From: a virus
Taxonomy: Duplodnaviria; Caudoviricetes
DNA length: 64,000 nt
Virus record (IMG/VR): IMGVR_UViG_3300025372_000639
Coordinates: 1 to 64,000 of that record
Strand: one strand, 5' to 3'
Below are positions 46,439 to 55,120 of the stretch, piece after piece. Both the position numbers and the translations under genes were made by a program. Below the pieces are notes generated by a model. That model was given only the letters and a program-made list of their open reading frames with translations, did not search any database and was not told the DNA's origin. The first letter of the stretch is position 1. The number at the start of each line of letters is the position of its first letter.

Positions 46439-47007
46439 TTTGTTCCTGTGTCTACTTTATCTAATTGTTTAAATGCCCATGCACGTTCAGTACATTGCCA
46501 ACACCGACCGCATCTACCAATCTTTTTCTCAGTGCATGAGTGAGTTATATCTGCAAGGTCTTCCTGCCCTTCGTCAAGCATGATCTTAATTATTTCATCT
46601 TTGAGCATATGAGCAAATGGATATAGAAGTTTTGGATCAGTGCTTTCTAATTTACGTTTAGGAGCACCATTTAAGTTATCTAGTTCGGGAGGGTTTGTAT
46701 TTACTCCCATAAACAGATAATCTACTTTATGGTTTTTAAATATTTCTATAATTGCTGTTGTACTTTGCTCAGTGTGATGTGCATCAGGATTACCTACAAA
46801 AATGGTGCGAGGAATAGATAATCCAAATTTTTTATTAAAATGATCAATTATCAGGTCTGCATAAAGAGCAGAACCGTCATGCTTTGGAATTGTAAAAGGC
46901 TGTAAGTTAATTGTTGAACATTGTTTTATCAACAAGTAAAGTAATACAGCACTATCTAACCCACCGCTCAACAACAACCCATATTTTTTTGTAGGATCAA
47001 GATTCAT
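46435..47007 (-). CDS. QueC-like PP-loop ATPase
   Basis: SGGLDS; THSC...CGRCWQCTER zinc motif. Confidence 0.75.
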   Translation of the reverse strand: MNLDPTKKYGLLLSGGLDSAVLLYLLIKQCSTINLQPFTIPKHDGSALYADLIIDHFNKKFGLSIPRTIFVGNPDAHHTEQSTTAIIEIFKNHKVDYLFMGVNTNPPELDNLNGAPKRKLESTDPKLLYPFAHMLKDEIIKIMLDEGQEDLADITHSCTEKKIGRCGRCWQCTERAWAFKQLDKVDTGTK

Positions 47008-47707
47008 TTGGTGGGGTCCAATATATAGTCCTATCTTTAAACTTGTTAGACGAGTTTAAAATAAGATTCTTTGTTGCGGGCGGTAATTGGGATATTCTCA
47101 ATGATGATATTATCAATACAGCTAATCTAGGAATATTTTTCTTTTTAGTACTGACTGCATGTACCGCATTTATGTTGTTTAAAAAATTTGCTTGAGGTCC
47201 GGGAACTGGCACTACGGTATGCATAACGTCTTGTTGTACTTTGTCACAAATTCCTGTTCTAGGAATTACACCTAACTCTTTTCTACTATTAAATTTTTTA
47301 GTGGTAGGTTTTATTAGCAAGTCTGCATTTTCTGCATCAGAATTTTCCAGATACAATCTAAGTCCGGATTCGTCAGGATCTGCATGCCAGAACCCAATTC
47401 CTTCAAAATCAGTTCTAAGTGGTAAGAAGCAAACAACTTCTAGGTCATTTTCATCTAGCCCAAACGCTTCATAAAAGAACTTTGCTAATTCTGGGAACTG
47501 CTGAGAGAAACCGTTTAGCCATTGTGTATCCTGTCTAGCATACACAATATTCCAAGGATATCGGTTGCCCAAAAGTTGACTGGCATCTTTTTCGTGACTT
47601 ACTTCTTGACTTTGATTTTTGGCTATCCATGCCTTGATATCGGAAATATCAAATTGAGGCAAAGGAGGAATGTCCAAGGGAGTGTATAATATATCTGTAA
47701 TATCCAT
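46997..47707 (-). CDS. hypothetical protein, possible 2OG-Fe(II) fold
   Basis: WHAD...VHAV...R. Confidence 0.5.
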   Translation of the reverse strand: MDITDILYTPLDIPPLPQFDISDIKAWIAKNQSQEVSHEKDASQLLGNRYPWNIVYARQDTQWLNGFSQQFPELAKFFYEAFGLDENDLEVVCFLPLRTDFEGIGFWHADPDESGLRLYLENSDAENADLLIKPTTKKFNSRKELGVIPRTGICDKVQQDVMHTVVPVPGPQANFLNNINAVHAVSTKKKNIPRLAVLIISSLRISQLPPATKNLILNSSNKFKDRTIYWTPPNES

Positions 47708-47750
47708 AGCAATATTTACAACGTTGTCTTTTTACAACAACCAAAAGTGG

Positions 47751-47817
47751 TTGACAGGTAAATAGAAAGACGTTACAATATACACATACGTTAAGCAATT
47801 AACACCGCTCTTTAAAA
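47751..47817 (+). promoter_or_regulatory. sigma70 promoter followed by a boxA-like antitermination site
   Basis: TTGACA-17-TACAAT; CGCTCTTTAAAA at 47806-47817. Confidence 0.7.
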
Positions 47818-47832
47818 ATGTAACGCACAATT

Positions 47833-47908
47833 GTCCCGTTCGTCTAGTGGCCTAGGACACCAGCCTTTCACGTTGGGTACACGAGTTCGAATCTCGTACG
47901 GGACGCCA
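47833..47908 (+). tRNA. tRNA-Glu(TTC)
   Basis: canonical, loop CTTTCAC, GCCA. Confidence 0.93.
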
Positions 47909-48060
47909 TTATAAAGTGTTATCAAGGTATCGTCTATGGACGCATAGACTATGCGGGTCCAACCGGCCGGGAACGGATCCTAATATAACTGCATCGGCTT
48001 TGTCAAGTTAGCTACTTCACGACTAAATTTGCACGATAGCACTTTATAATGGCAAATAAT

Positions 48061-48083
48061 GCGAGTGTGGTGAAATAGGTAGA
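48061..48083 (+). pseudogene. 5' fragment of a split tRNA (Leu-like)
   Basis: GCGAGTG-TGGTGAAATAGGTAGA; pairs with CACTCGC at 48703-48709. Confidence 0.75.
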
Positions 48084-48100
48084 ATGATAAATAACATTAT

Positions 48101-48589
48101 ATGTTTACTATCTATAAAACTACAAATAAACTTAACGGACGATACTACATTGGTGTAACTAATGGTAGAAATAAATCGTACAAGGGATCAGGTACAGCGT
48201 TAAAAACAGCTATTAAGAAGTACGGTGGTAATAACTTTATTACTGAAACTTTAGAAGTGTTTGATAACGAAGAAGACATGTTCAACAGAGAGGCAGAAAT
48301 AGTCAATGAAGACTTCGTCGCCAATCCGTTAACTTATAATATGAAGTTAGGCGGCAGAGGAGGACGAGGGTCTACTAAAACCGATATACACAAAGCAAAT
48401 ATATCAAAGTCTATCTTAAAGAAGAAAGAAGAAGGTACACTTGTAAGTAACGGTGGCAGAAAACTTAAAATGTCTGTAGAAGAAATATCGAAGTTAGTTG
48501 ATACATTTGGAATAGTAGGAGCGGCTGCTCATGTAAATGAACCGTACAATACTTTCAGAAGTCGATACTATACTGCTAAAAAGAAATAA
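48101..48589 (+). CDS. GIY-YIG homing endonuclease (Seg-like)
   Basis: TIYKTTN..GRYYIG, YKGSG, YNMKLGG. Confidence 0.9.
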   Translation: MFTIYKTTNKLNGRYYIGVTNGRNKSYKGSGTALKTAIKKYGGNNFITETLEVFDNEEDMFNREAEIVNEDFVANPLTYNMKLGGRGGRGSTKTDIHKANISKSILKKKEEGTLVSNGGRKLKMSVEEISKLVDTFGIVGAAAHVNEPYNTFRSRYYTAKKK

Positions 48590-48590
48590 T

Positions 48591-48675
48591 GCTCCGATGA
48601 TGAAATAGGTAACCATAGCAGACTTAAAATCTGCCGCTTAACGGCTTCCCGGTTCGATTCCGGGTCGGAGCACCA
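48591..48675 (+). tRNA. tRNA-Leu(TAA)
   Basis: GCAGA CTTAAAA TCTGC, variable arm, ACCA. Confidence 0.92.
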
Positions 48676-48676
48676 A

Positions 48677-48713
48677 GCATTTGCGAACGGTTCGATTCCG
48701 GCCACTCGCACCA
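48677..48713 (+). pseudogene. 3' fragment of the split tRNA (T arm, acceptor strand, ACCA)
   Basis: CGG TTCGATT CCG, CACTCGC-ACCA. Confidence 0.75.
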
Positions 48714-48719
48714 AATACT

Positions 48720-48803
48720 GGAGTAGAAGCATCAATGGTGATGCAGCGGTCTGTAACACCGCCGCCTCTGGCACGCCCGGTTCGATCCCAGGATACTCCA
48801 CCA
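48720..48803 (+). tRNA. tRNA-Tyr(GTA)
   Basis: GCGGT CTGTAAC ACCGC, variable arm, ACCA. Confidence 0.88.
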
Positions 48804-48806
48804 AGT

Positions 48807-49361
48807 TTAAGAAACTATATAATCTTTAAATAGATCAACAGCTTCAGACCAAGTTAATGATCTAGCATTGCTTCTCATGCTGACTGCATATCTGTCTCCA
48901 GTTCCAGTTGCTCTGTGAGTAACTGATGCATTGATTAGATATGCTCCAGGTTCCATATTGTAAACCTTGTAGGCAGGTTTTGTAACCTTACAATTGATTC
49001 GTTTATAAATTCCTGTTAAGTCTACAATTGGATCAGAAAACTCAACATCCTCGTGCAACCAATATTCTAGATTACCTGTTCCTCCATGGATCCAGTTAAT
49101 TGCATATCTAGCACGTTCGTTTGATTGATGTACTCGTACATCATCAAGGTGTACATCACCTGTGAAATCTTTTTTAAAGAATACACTTAGTATATCCCAA
49201 GGTACTCCATTAAAATTTAACCATTCCGGTTTAATGAAGTCTTTAGGATCATACACTTTGTATTGAGCTTTTCCTGTTGCATCAAATAATTTTTGATGAA
49301 CATCTGGGTTAATAACATCGATTAACGATGGTAGATTTAATCGGTAAACAAATTCTAACAT
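48807..49361 (-). CDS. 2OG-Fe(II) oxygenase-like protein
   Basis: HLD...THRA...RYAVSMR. Confidence 0.6.
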   Translation of the reverse strand: MLEFVYRLNLPSLIDVINPDVHQKLFDATGKAQYKVYDPKDFIKPEWLNFNGVPWDILSVFFKKDFTGDVHLDDVRVHQSNERARYAINWIHGGTGNLEYWLHEDVEFSDPIVDLTGIYKRINCKVTKPAYKVYNMEPGAYLINASVTHRATGTGDRYAVSMRSNARSLTWSEAVDLFKDYIVS

Positions 49362-49426
49362 ACAAATATTTATTGCAGGTATTGACAATATATAAATATC
49401 CTGCTACAATTAATTTTTTAACAAAT

Positions 49427-49511
49427 GCCCCGGTGATGTAACTGGTAGCCATGCGAGTCTTAGAAGCTCGTGCCGTGAGGCGTGTCGGTTCGAGTCCGAC
49501 CTGGGGCACCA
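49427..49511 (+). tRNA. tRNA-Leu(TAG)
   Basis: loop CTTAGAA, variable arm, ACCA. Confidence 0.92.
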
Positions 49512-49533
49512 AAATTTTAACAGAAAGAGTAAT

Positions 49534-49749
49534 ATGAAAAGTACCATTAGGCACAATGTTGATACAGATAAATGTGTTAAAAACATTGGCAACAGATTTG
49601 ATCTTGTTCTTGCCGCGGCTGTTCGTGTACGCGAATTGAAACGTGGACATAGAAAACTAACTAATGGTTATGATAATCCTACCATTACTGCTCTTAAAGA
49701 AATTGAAGAAGGCCTAGTAGGCCGTGAATTACTAAGGAAAATACGATGA
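49534..49749 (+). CDS. rpoZ: RNA polymerase omega subunit homolog
   Basis: IGNRFDLVLAAAVRVREL...PTITALKEIEEG matches the omega consensus. Confidence 0.85.
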   Translation: MKSTIRHNVDTDKCVKNIGNRFDLVLAAAVRVRELKRGHRKLTNGYDNPTITALKEIEEGLVGRELLRKIR

Positions 49750-49904
49750 CCTGTAGAGGATACGATGCCAAGGCAGTTAAGGTGCCTAAAAGTGTAAAAC
49801 GAGTAGCGGCTGCATATCTTGACAATCATGCTCGTGGCGAATTTATTCGTAGCTATGTTCGAATCTTAGAAGAACAATCTAGATCTTATAAGAGAGAAAA
49901 ATAA
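49746..49904 (+). CDS. small hypothetical protein (52 aa)
   Basis: manual translation; overlaps the stop/start of both neighbours. Confidence 0.5.
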   Translation: MTCRGYDAKAVKVPKSVKRVAAAYLDNHARGEFIRSYVRILEEQSRSYKREK

Positions 49905-50182
49905 TGGGCGACGGCGGCAAAGGGTCGGCGCCAAGACCATTCAGTGTAAGCCAAGAAACTTTTGGCAATAACTTTGACGCAATTTTTAGAAAGAATAAAG
50001 AAATGACACCAAGTGTTGAACAAATGAAAAAAGGTACTTGCGGTTGCGGTCGTAGCCCAACTGGCGATTGTATCGGTTGGCATAGTCTAACCCAAGAACA
50101 ATTTCAGCGAGCACAGGCTGCTTGGCTAGAAGAAGAATTTCGCAAAGACAACGAAGTTCAAGATAGTTCACAAGGTGGTTAA
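49904..50182 (+). CDS. CDGSH-type iron-sulfur (NEET-like) small protein
   Basis: CGCGRSPTGDCIGWH. Confidence 0.6.
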   Translation: MGDGGKGSAPRPFSVSQETFGNNFDAIFRKNKEMTPSVEQMKKGTCGCGRSPTGDCIGWHSLTQEQFQRAQAAWLEEEFRKDNEVQDSSQGG

Positions 50183-50192
50183 ATAGTTTAAT

Positions 50193-50275
50193 GCTGGAGT
50201 CGCATAGCGGCAATTGCAACGGTTTTGTAAGCCGTCGGGAAACCTCCGTGAGTTCGAGTCTCACCTCCAGCACCA
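50193..50275 (+). tRNA. tRNA-Thr(TGT) with extended variable arm
   Basis: ACGGT TTTGTAA GCCGT, ACCA. Confidence 0.8.
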
Positions 50276-50281
50276 AATATT

Positions 50282-50962
50282 ATGATTTTGTTTACAAATG
50301 GTTGTAGTTGGACATACGGTGGAAGTCTAGGATTAGACCTAGACGAACAAACTGATCAAAGACTTGCTAGTGTATGGCCTGCCCAGTTAGGAAAACTAAC
50401 ATCAGCTGAAAAGGTAATAAATCTTTCAGATGGTTGCGGAAGTAACCAACGAACATTTAGAACAACTTTTGATTGGATATCAAATCAATCCAAAGAAGAT
50501 TTAGAAAAGACCGTGGCTGTAATACAACTTACAGAACTATCTAGGTACGAGTACTATCTTCCTAGATTTGAAAATGATCCGGACGGTTGGATAAAATGCA
50601 AGGTTGGAGTAGTTACCAGTCATATTGTACGTGATGAAATCGGCGATTACTTAAATGATTGCAATAGCAAAAGATTATCGTTACATACAGATCAAGAAGG
50701 TATGTATAGTCTAATTACATATTGTGAAGCGTTGGATAATTTATTCAAACATCATAATATCAAATATTACCTTTGGAGTAATAGTTTTAAACATAAAACT
50801 GAACCAGGTGTTCCCGAACATATTCGGCAATACCTAGATCGTAATTTTAATTGGTTAGATGATTACGGTGTTTGGGATTATGATAGAGTTAGTTTACAAG
50901 ATGCACATCCATCATTTAATGGACATAAAGATCTAGCAAAACTTATTTTTGATAGAATGTAA
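50282..50962 (+). CDS. SGNH-like hydrolase (GCS motif)
   Basis: NGCSWT...GSN...DAHP. Confidence 0.6.
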   Translation: MILFTNGCSWTYGGSLGLDLDEQTDQRLASVWPAQLGKLTSAEKVINLSDGCGSNQRTFRTTFDWISNQSKEDLEKTVAVIQLTELSRYEYYLPRFENDPDGWIKCKVGVVTSHIVRDEIGDYLNDCNSKRLSLHTDQEGMYSLITYCEALDNLFKHHNIKYYLWSNSFKHKTEPGVPEHIRQYLDRNFNWLDDYGVWDYDRVSLQDAHPSFNGHKDLAKLIFDRM

Positions 50963-50965
50963 TAA

Positions 50966-51166
50966 CCCGGATACACTTCTCCGTTAGCGAAGTGGGTGGG
51001 GAGATCACCATAGAAACCTCCGGGCACGTACGAACTTGGCCCGCCGTCCTGTGCAGGGATCCGACAAACTATCGTAGGTTAGGTACATCACCTAGCCAGA
51101 AGCATAAATGATGTGGACGTAGTAACTGACCAGTCTAGGGCTCCTGTGGTGGGAGTAGCTAGACAC
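50966..51166 (+). ncRNA. unidentified structured RNA
   Basis: GC-rich multi-hairpin intergenic region (CCCGG/CCGGG, CACTT/AAGTG, CTAGG/CCTAG, GTCTAG/CTAGAC). Confidence 0.4.
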
Positions 51167-51248
51167 TTTTATTAAACGCATTTAACTTACGATGTAATCT
51201 GAGTATAGGAAAGGCCACCTTCTAGGAAAACGGCATAAGTGTGTTTAA

Positions 51249-51929
51249 TTAAAGTTTTTTAAGTACAGATTTTGAAAAATCAATATTAGCCTGGATACCA
51301 GGATGTGCAAGATCTCTTGCTAGGTCTTGATAATGAATATCCTCTACATTAACATACAAAAATTTAATATTGAGCAAATTACATAATTGTGCAATGGCTA
51401 ACCTATTTTTTACTTTAAGTAGTGTAGCATTGTACTTGTTTGATAACCAAGTGTTATAAAATTCAGGAAGTTCGGATGATATATTTGCAATAGATCCTTC
51501 TGAATCAAATATTTCTATTCTATGATCGTATGTTTGGCAAAATACAACTACCTTAGGTTTAATTCGTTCTAACCAAGAGTTAGCCAATCTAAAGGCTGTG
51601 TCATTTGATGAACCGCCTATACCTAAATTATAACAGGCAAGATTTAATTCAGCTGATACTAAACTTGCCCAGGTTGCTTCTAACGGTATTCCTATACCAG
51701 CAGTTATGCTACAACCTAAAAATACAATAGACGGGTCGTTTGTAAATTCATTACATCGAAAACCATGGCTGTTAAATTTATAGGTAAAGTTAGAATCAAT
51801 CCAATTATATTTTTCAAGTAGTTCTTTTTTGTTATTGAGATTTTCTTTATATAACTTTTCAGTGTCCATAGGAAGCCAATATAATTCTTTGTTGGCAAGG
51901 TCAATGTAAGGGTTATGGTCAATGTTCAT
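51249..51929 (-). CDS. SGNH-like hydrolase (GCS motif)
   Basis: LGCSIT...NLGIGGSSN...DLAHPG. Confidence 0.65.
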   Translation of the reverse strand: MNIDHNPYIDLANKELYWLPMDTEKLYKENLNNKKELLEKYNWIDSNFTYKFNSHGFRCNEFTNDPSIVFLGCSITAGIGIPLEATWASLVSAELNLACYNLGIGGSSNDTAFRLANSWLERIKPKVVVFCQTYDHRIEIFDSEGSIANISSELPEFYNTWLSNKYNATLLKVKNRLAIAQLCNLLNIKFLYVNVEDIHYQDLARDLAHPGIQANIDFSKSVLKKL

Positions 51930-51970
51930 AAAAATATTTATACGGTACTTTTGACCATAAATAGTTTCAC

Positions 51971-52044
51971 GCGGAGTTAGTTTAATGGTAGAACGAGAGC
52001 CTTCCAAGCTCACGGCAGGAGTTCGATTCTCCTACCCCGCTCCA
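51971..52044 (+). tRNA. tRNA-Gly(TCC)
   Basis: loop CTTCCAA, U73, CCA. Confidence 0.9.
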
Positions 52045-52050
52045 AATTTT

Positions 52051-52126
52051 GCATCCTTAACTCAGTTGGTAGAGTTCCGCCTTTACACGGCGGCTGTCGG
52101 GAGTTCGAGTCTCTCAGGATGCACCA
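52051..52126 (+). tRNA. tRNA-Val(TAC)
   Basis: CCGCC TTTACAC GGCGG, ACCA. Confidence 0.92.
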
Positions 52127-52133
52127 GTTTAAT

Positions 52134-52169
52134 CGGTGTGTAGCTCAGCCTGGTAGAGCTCCTGGTTTG
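52134..52169 (+). pseudogene. 5' half of tRNA-Pro truncated in the anticodon
   Basis: CGGTGTG TAGCTCAGCCTGGTAGAGC T CCTGG TTTG. Confidence 0.75.
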
Positions 52170-52269
52170 ACGTTGTGCTGATTTTAAATAACAATGGTCG
52201 TCAATAATGCGGTAATAAATAAGTGTTATTGGTCCTGTAAGGATAGATAGTTGTGCCCTAATTTTATTT

Positions 52270-52288
52270 CGGACATTAGCGCAGTCTG
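52270..52288 (+). pseudogene. second short 5' fragment of a tRNA-Pro-like gene
   Basis: CGGACAT TAGCGCAGTCTG. Confidence 0.5.
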
Positions 52289-52331
52289 ATTGAGAAAATC
52301 TCGTTTTTGTATCGCTATACTAAATAGTTAT

Positions 52332-52814
52332 ATGAAAAACAGAATAACAAAACCTGGATTAATAGCAATGAATCGCAAGATAGGTTGCGTACATTGTTCG
52401 AAAAAAACTACAATAGGTAATATAAAGAAACATGAAAAATCATGTTATTTAAATCCTACTAATGTAGTAGAGTGTTTAGTATGTAGTAAGCCAATAAAGA
52501 ACTATAAAGAATCAAAAGGTACTTGTAGTCGTAGTTGCGCCAATAAACACTTTAGAAGTGGTGAAGACAATGGTAACTGGAAAGGTGAAAACTACCAATC
52601 AATTTGTTTCCTTTATCACGAAAAAAAGTGCATAGTATGCGGCGAGGATAAGATTGTAGCAGTTCATCATTATGATCATAATCATGAGAACAATGATCCT
52701 AACAATTTAGTTCCGCTGTGTCCTACACATCATAGTTATGTACATAGTCGTTATGCTATTGAAGTACAACCTACAATAGATGAGTATGTTAAGCAATTTC
52801 TCCGTATGGCGTAA
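52332..52814 (+). CDS. HNH endonuclease
   Basis: CSRSC zinc motif; VHHYDHNHENNDPNNLVPLCPTHH. Confidence 0.9.
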   Translation: MKNRITKPGLIAMNRKIGCVHCSKKTTIGNIKKHEKSCYLNPTNVVECLVCSKPIKNYKESKGTCSRSCANKHFRSGEDNGNWKGENYQSICFLYHEKKCIVCGEDKIVAVHHYDHNHENNDPNNLVPLCPTHHSYVHSRYAIEVQPTIDEYVKQFLRMA

Positions 52815-52875
52815 CCTGGTAGCGTCCATGCTTTGGGAGCATGTGGTGAAGGTTCAAATCCTTCTATGGAGACCA
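52800..52875 (+). tRNA. tRNA-Pro(TGG)
   Basis: CATGC TTTGGGA GCATG, ACCA; overlaps the HNH stop. Confidence 0.9.
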
Positions 52876-52879
52876 GTTT

Positions 52880-52953
52880 GGGGGATTGATGTAATAGTAG
52901 CCTGGGACCTTTGCAAGCTTCAATCCCCGGTTCGAGTCCTGTCACCTCCACCA
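52880..52953 (+). tRNA. degenerate tRNA-Ala(TGC)
   Basis: G3:U70, loop TTTGCAA, ACCA; weak stems. Confidence 0.55.
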
Positions 52954-53006
52954 AGATCACCATTACACACGGTGTACAATAGGATAAGTAGTGTGTAAAG
53001 AATTTA

Positions 53007-53080
53007 CGCGGGGAGGGTGGTCACCACACCGGTCTCATAAGCCAGGTGCATCGGCAGTTCGAATCTGTCCCCCGCATCCA
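53007..53080 (+). tRNA. initiator-like tRNA-Met(CAT), shortened D arm
   Basis: CGCGGGG/CCCCGCA (C1:A72 mismatch), loop CTCATAA. Confidence 0.7.
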
Positions 53081-53099
53081 TTTTATCAGTCTATATAAC

Positions 53100-53966
53100 A
53101 TGTTAATTTATGTAATCAAGGGTCCGTCAAAATTAATACCCGATCAAGAATTTAGCATGTTAAAAGAAAGTTTTAACAAAAAAGGTATTCATTGTATAGA
53201 CTTTCGTATAGAAGATTTAAATCTTGAAATTATCGACTCAAAACTACTGATCAACGGAGGAAGCACTCCTTTACCCGATTTAGTATTAATACGTAATCCT
53301 ATTTTATTTAAAAAAGATATAAAAAAATTTGAAGACGTTGGCATTCCGTGCGTTAATTCGAGCACTGCTATTCAAAATAGTAGAATGAAATTAGACGCCG
53401 CAAATATATTAAACGATCATCAAGTACCAGTTCCTAAAACAATACCGTTTACTGAAAATTTAAATGACATTGTATCAAGTATTGGATTTCCTTTTATTAT
53501 AAAACCGTACCCTAGTTCATTAGGATTAGATGTTTGGTTATGCAGGAATGAAGAAGATTTTTTTAAATTTCTACCAAATGCAAATAAAATATCTTCAGGA
53601 CAAAAATGGTTGGTTCAAGAATTTATAGAACACCGATATAAAGAAGTGGTTAGGTCTTTTGTAATAGATCACAAAGTAGTATTTGCTTTGCATAAAACTT
53701 ACTCGCCCGAAGATGTATTTGTCAACACATCAATACTGAACAGAAAATTTTATCCTATCACTGATGACCTTATAAATATTTCTATAAAAACAACCAAGGC
53801 ATTAAATATCGAAATAGCTGGTATTGATTTATTGTATGACAAAGACGGTATGAAAGTATGTGAGGTAAATTGTTCTCCATTCTTTATACGTGCAGTTGAT
53901 ACACATCCTGCTCTAAATGTAGCAGATATTATTGTTGATTATGTATCAGATCGATATTTAAAATAA
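53100..53966 (+). CDS. RimK-family ATP-grasp ligase
   Basis: VPKT, FPFIIKP..SLG, VQEFI, AGIDLL, EVNCSP. Confidence 0.85.
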   Translation: MLIYVIKGPSKLIPDQEFSMLKESFNKKGIHCIDFRIEDLNLEIIDSKLLINGGSTPLPDLVLIRNPILFKKDIKKFEDVGIPCVNSSTAIQNSRMKLDAANILNDHQVPVPKTIPFTENLNDIVSSIGFPFIIKPYPSSLGLDVWLCRNEEDFFKFLPNANKISSGQKWLVQEFIEHRYKEVVRSFVIDHKVVFALHKTYSPEDVFVNTSILNRKFYPITDDLINISIKTTKALNIEIAGIDLLYDKDGMKVCEVNCSPFFIRAVDTHPALNVADIIVDYVSDRYLK

Positions 53967-53973
53967 TTTTTAT

Positions 53974-54048
53974 GGCCAGGTGGCAGAGCGATTATGCGCT
54001 GGATTGCAAACCCGGTACAGGTAGGTTTAACTCCTACCCTGGCCTCCA
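53974..54048 (+). tRNA. tRNA-Cys(GCA)
   Basis: loop TTGCAAA, U73, CCA. Confidence 0.85.
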
Positions 54049-54054
54049 AACATT

Positions 54055-54130
54055 GCGGGAATAGCTCATTTGGTAGAGCGAGTGCTTGCCAAGCACTAGG
54101 TGGCCAGTTCGATCCTGGTTTCCCGCTCCA
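54055..54130 (+). tRNA. tRNA-Gly(GCC)
   Basis: canonical, loop TTGCCAA, U73. Confidence 0.93.
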
Positions 54131-54166
54131 TTTGACTTTTGTTAAAAACTATGTTATAATATTGAC

Positions 54167-54640
54167 ATGGATAAAAAACAACCTAAATTATACGTTCTAA
54201 TTGGTGTTCCCGGTGCAGGTAAAAGCACTTGGGTAGCTAATCAAGAATGGGCTAAAAATTGTGCGTACATTTCTACAGACAGAATCATTGAACGATACGC
54301 TCGTTGGGTAAAGAAAACTTATACTGAAGTTTTTGGATTATATATGCCCCGTGCTGTCAACGTTATGGTTAAACAAGTTAAACATGCACGAGAGCATGGC
54401 AAGGATGTAATTTGGGATCAAACTTCGACTTCTGTGTCAAGCAGAGGAAACAAGTTTCGTTTATTACCCGATTATTATGCTATCGCTGTAGTTTTTAAAA
54501 CTCCCGAAAAAGAAGAACTAGAACGCCGATTGGCAAGTCGTCCTGGCAAAATTATTCCTACAGAAGTTGTAGAGAGTATGATCAATCGTTGGGAAGATCC
54601 AACTGAGGAAGAAGGTTTTAAGGAGATTTGGTTTGCCTAA
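54167..54640 (+). CDS. P-loop kinase (AAA_33, polynucleotide-kinase-like)
   Basis: GVPGAGKST, STD, DQT...R. Confidence 0.85.
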   Translation: MDKKQPKLYVLIGVPGAGKSTWVANQEWAKNCAYISTDRIIERYARWVKKTYTEVFGLYMPRAVNVMVKQVKHAREHGKDVIWDQTSTSVSSRGNKFRLLPDYYAIAVVFKTPEKEELERRLASRPGKIIPTEVVESMINRWEDPTEEEGFKEIWFA

Positions 54641-54875
54641 AGAAATTCCAGAACACAGAGATAAATTAGGTCGCTTACTTAAAGTAGGCGATTGTGTTGC
54701 TTACCCAGGTAGCAATACCCTTATGATTGGCACGGTTAAAAAGCTCAATCCTAAAATGGTAGGTGTTGCTATGCTGGGCAAAAATGCTTGGGGACCTAGT
54801 AACAAATATCCTAATGATTTAGTATTACTCGACGGTCCCGAAGTCACAATGTATTTGCTTAAAAATAGCGGTTGA
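54633..54875 (+). CDS. hypothetical protein
   Basis: DKLGRLLKVGD start typical of small phage proteins. Confidence 0.55.
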   Translation: MPKEIPEHRDKLGRLLKVGDCVAYPGSNTLMIGTVKKLNPKMVGVAMLGKNAWGPSNKYPNDLVLLDGPEVTMYLLKNSG

Positions 54876-54930
54876 CTTTTTGGTAAACTCCTGCTATACT
54901 ATAAGCACAGAAAGCAAAAAGGAGTCTAAA

Positions 54931-55119
54931 ATGTCTGAAGTTAAATTCAATGGTCCCCTGTATAAAGTCACAATGACTGAATATGAGAGAGGTTATGGAC
55001 AGCGCCCAATGGGTGAAAAGTTCTTCGACAACGAGGAAGAAGCCAAAAAGTTCTGTGAAGAATACTTCTCCGGAGATCCTGATTGTTATTACAGAGCAGA
55101 TTATAGAAAGGTAAACTAA
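54931..55119 (+). CDS. hypothetical protein
   Basis: AGGAG RBS and upstream TTGACT..TATACT promoter. Confidence 0.6.
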   Translation: MSEVKFNGPLYKVTMTEYERGYGQRPMGEKFFDNEEEAKKFCEEYFSGDPDCYYRADYRKVN

Positions 55120-55120
55120 C

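Noticed and set aside
48061-48713. Group I intron in the split tRNA
   Set aside because: The insert is fully accounted for by promoter, nuclease ORF and intact tRNA, with no room for a ribozyme core; the anticodon arm of the old tRNA is missing.
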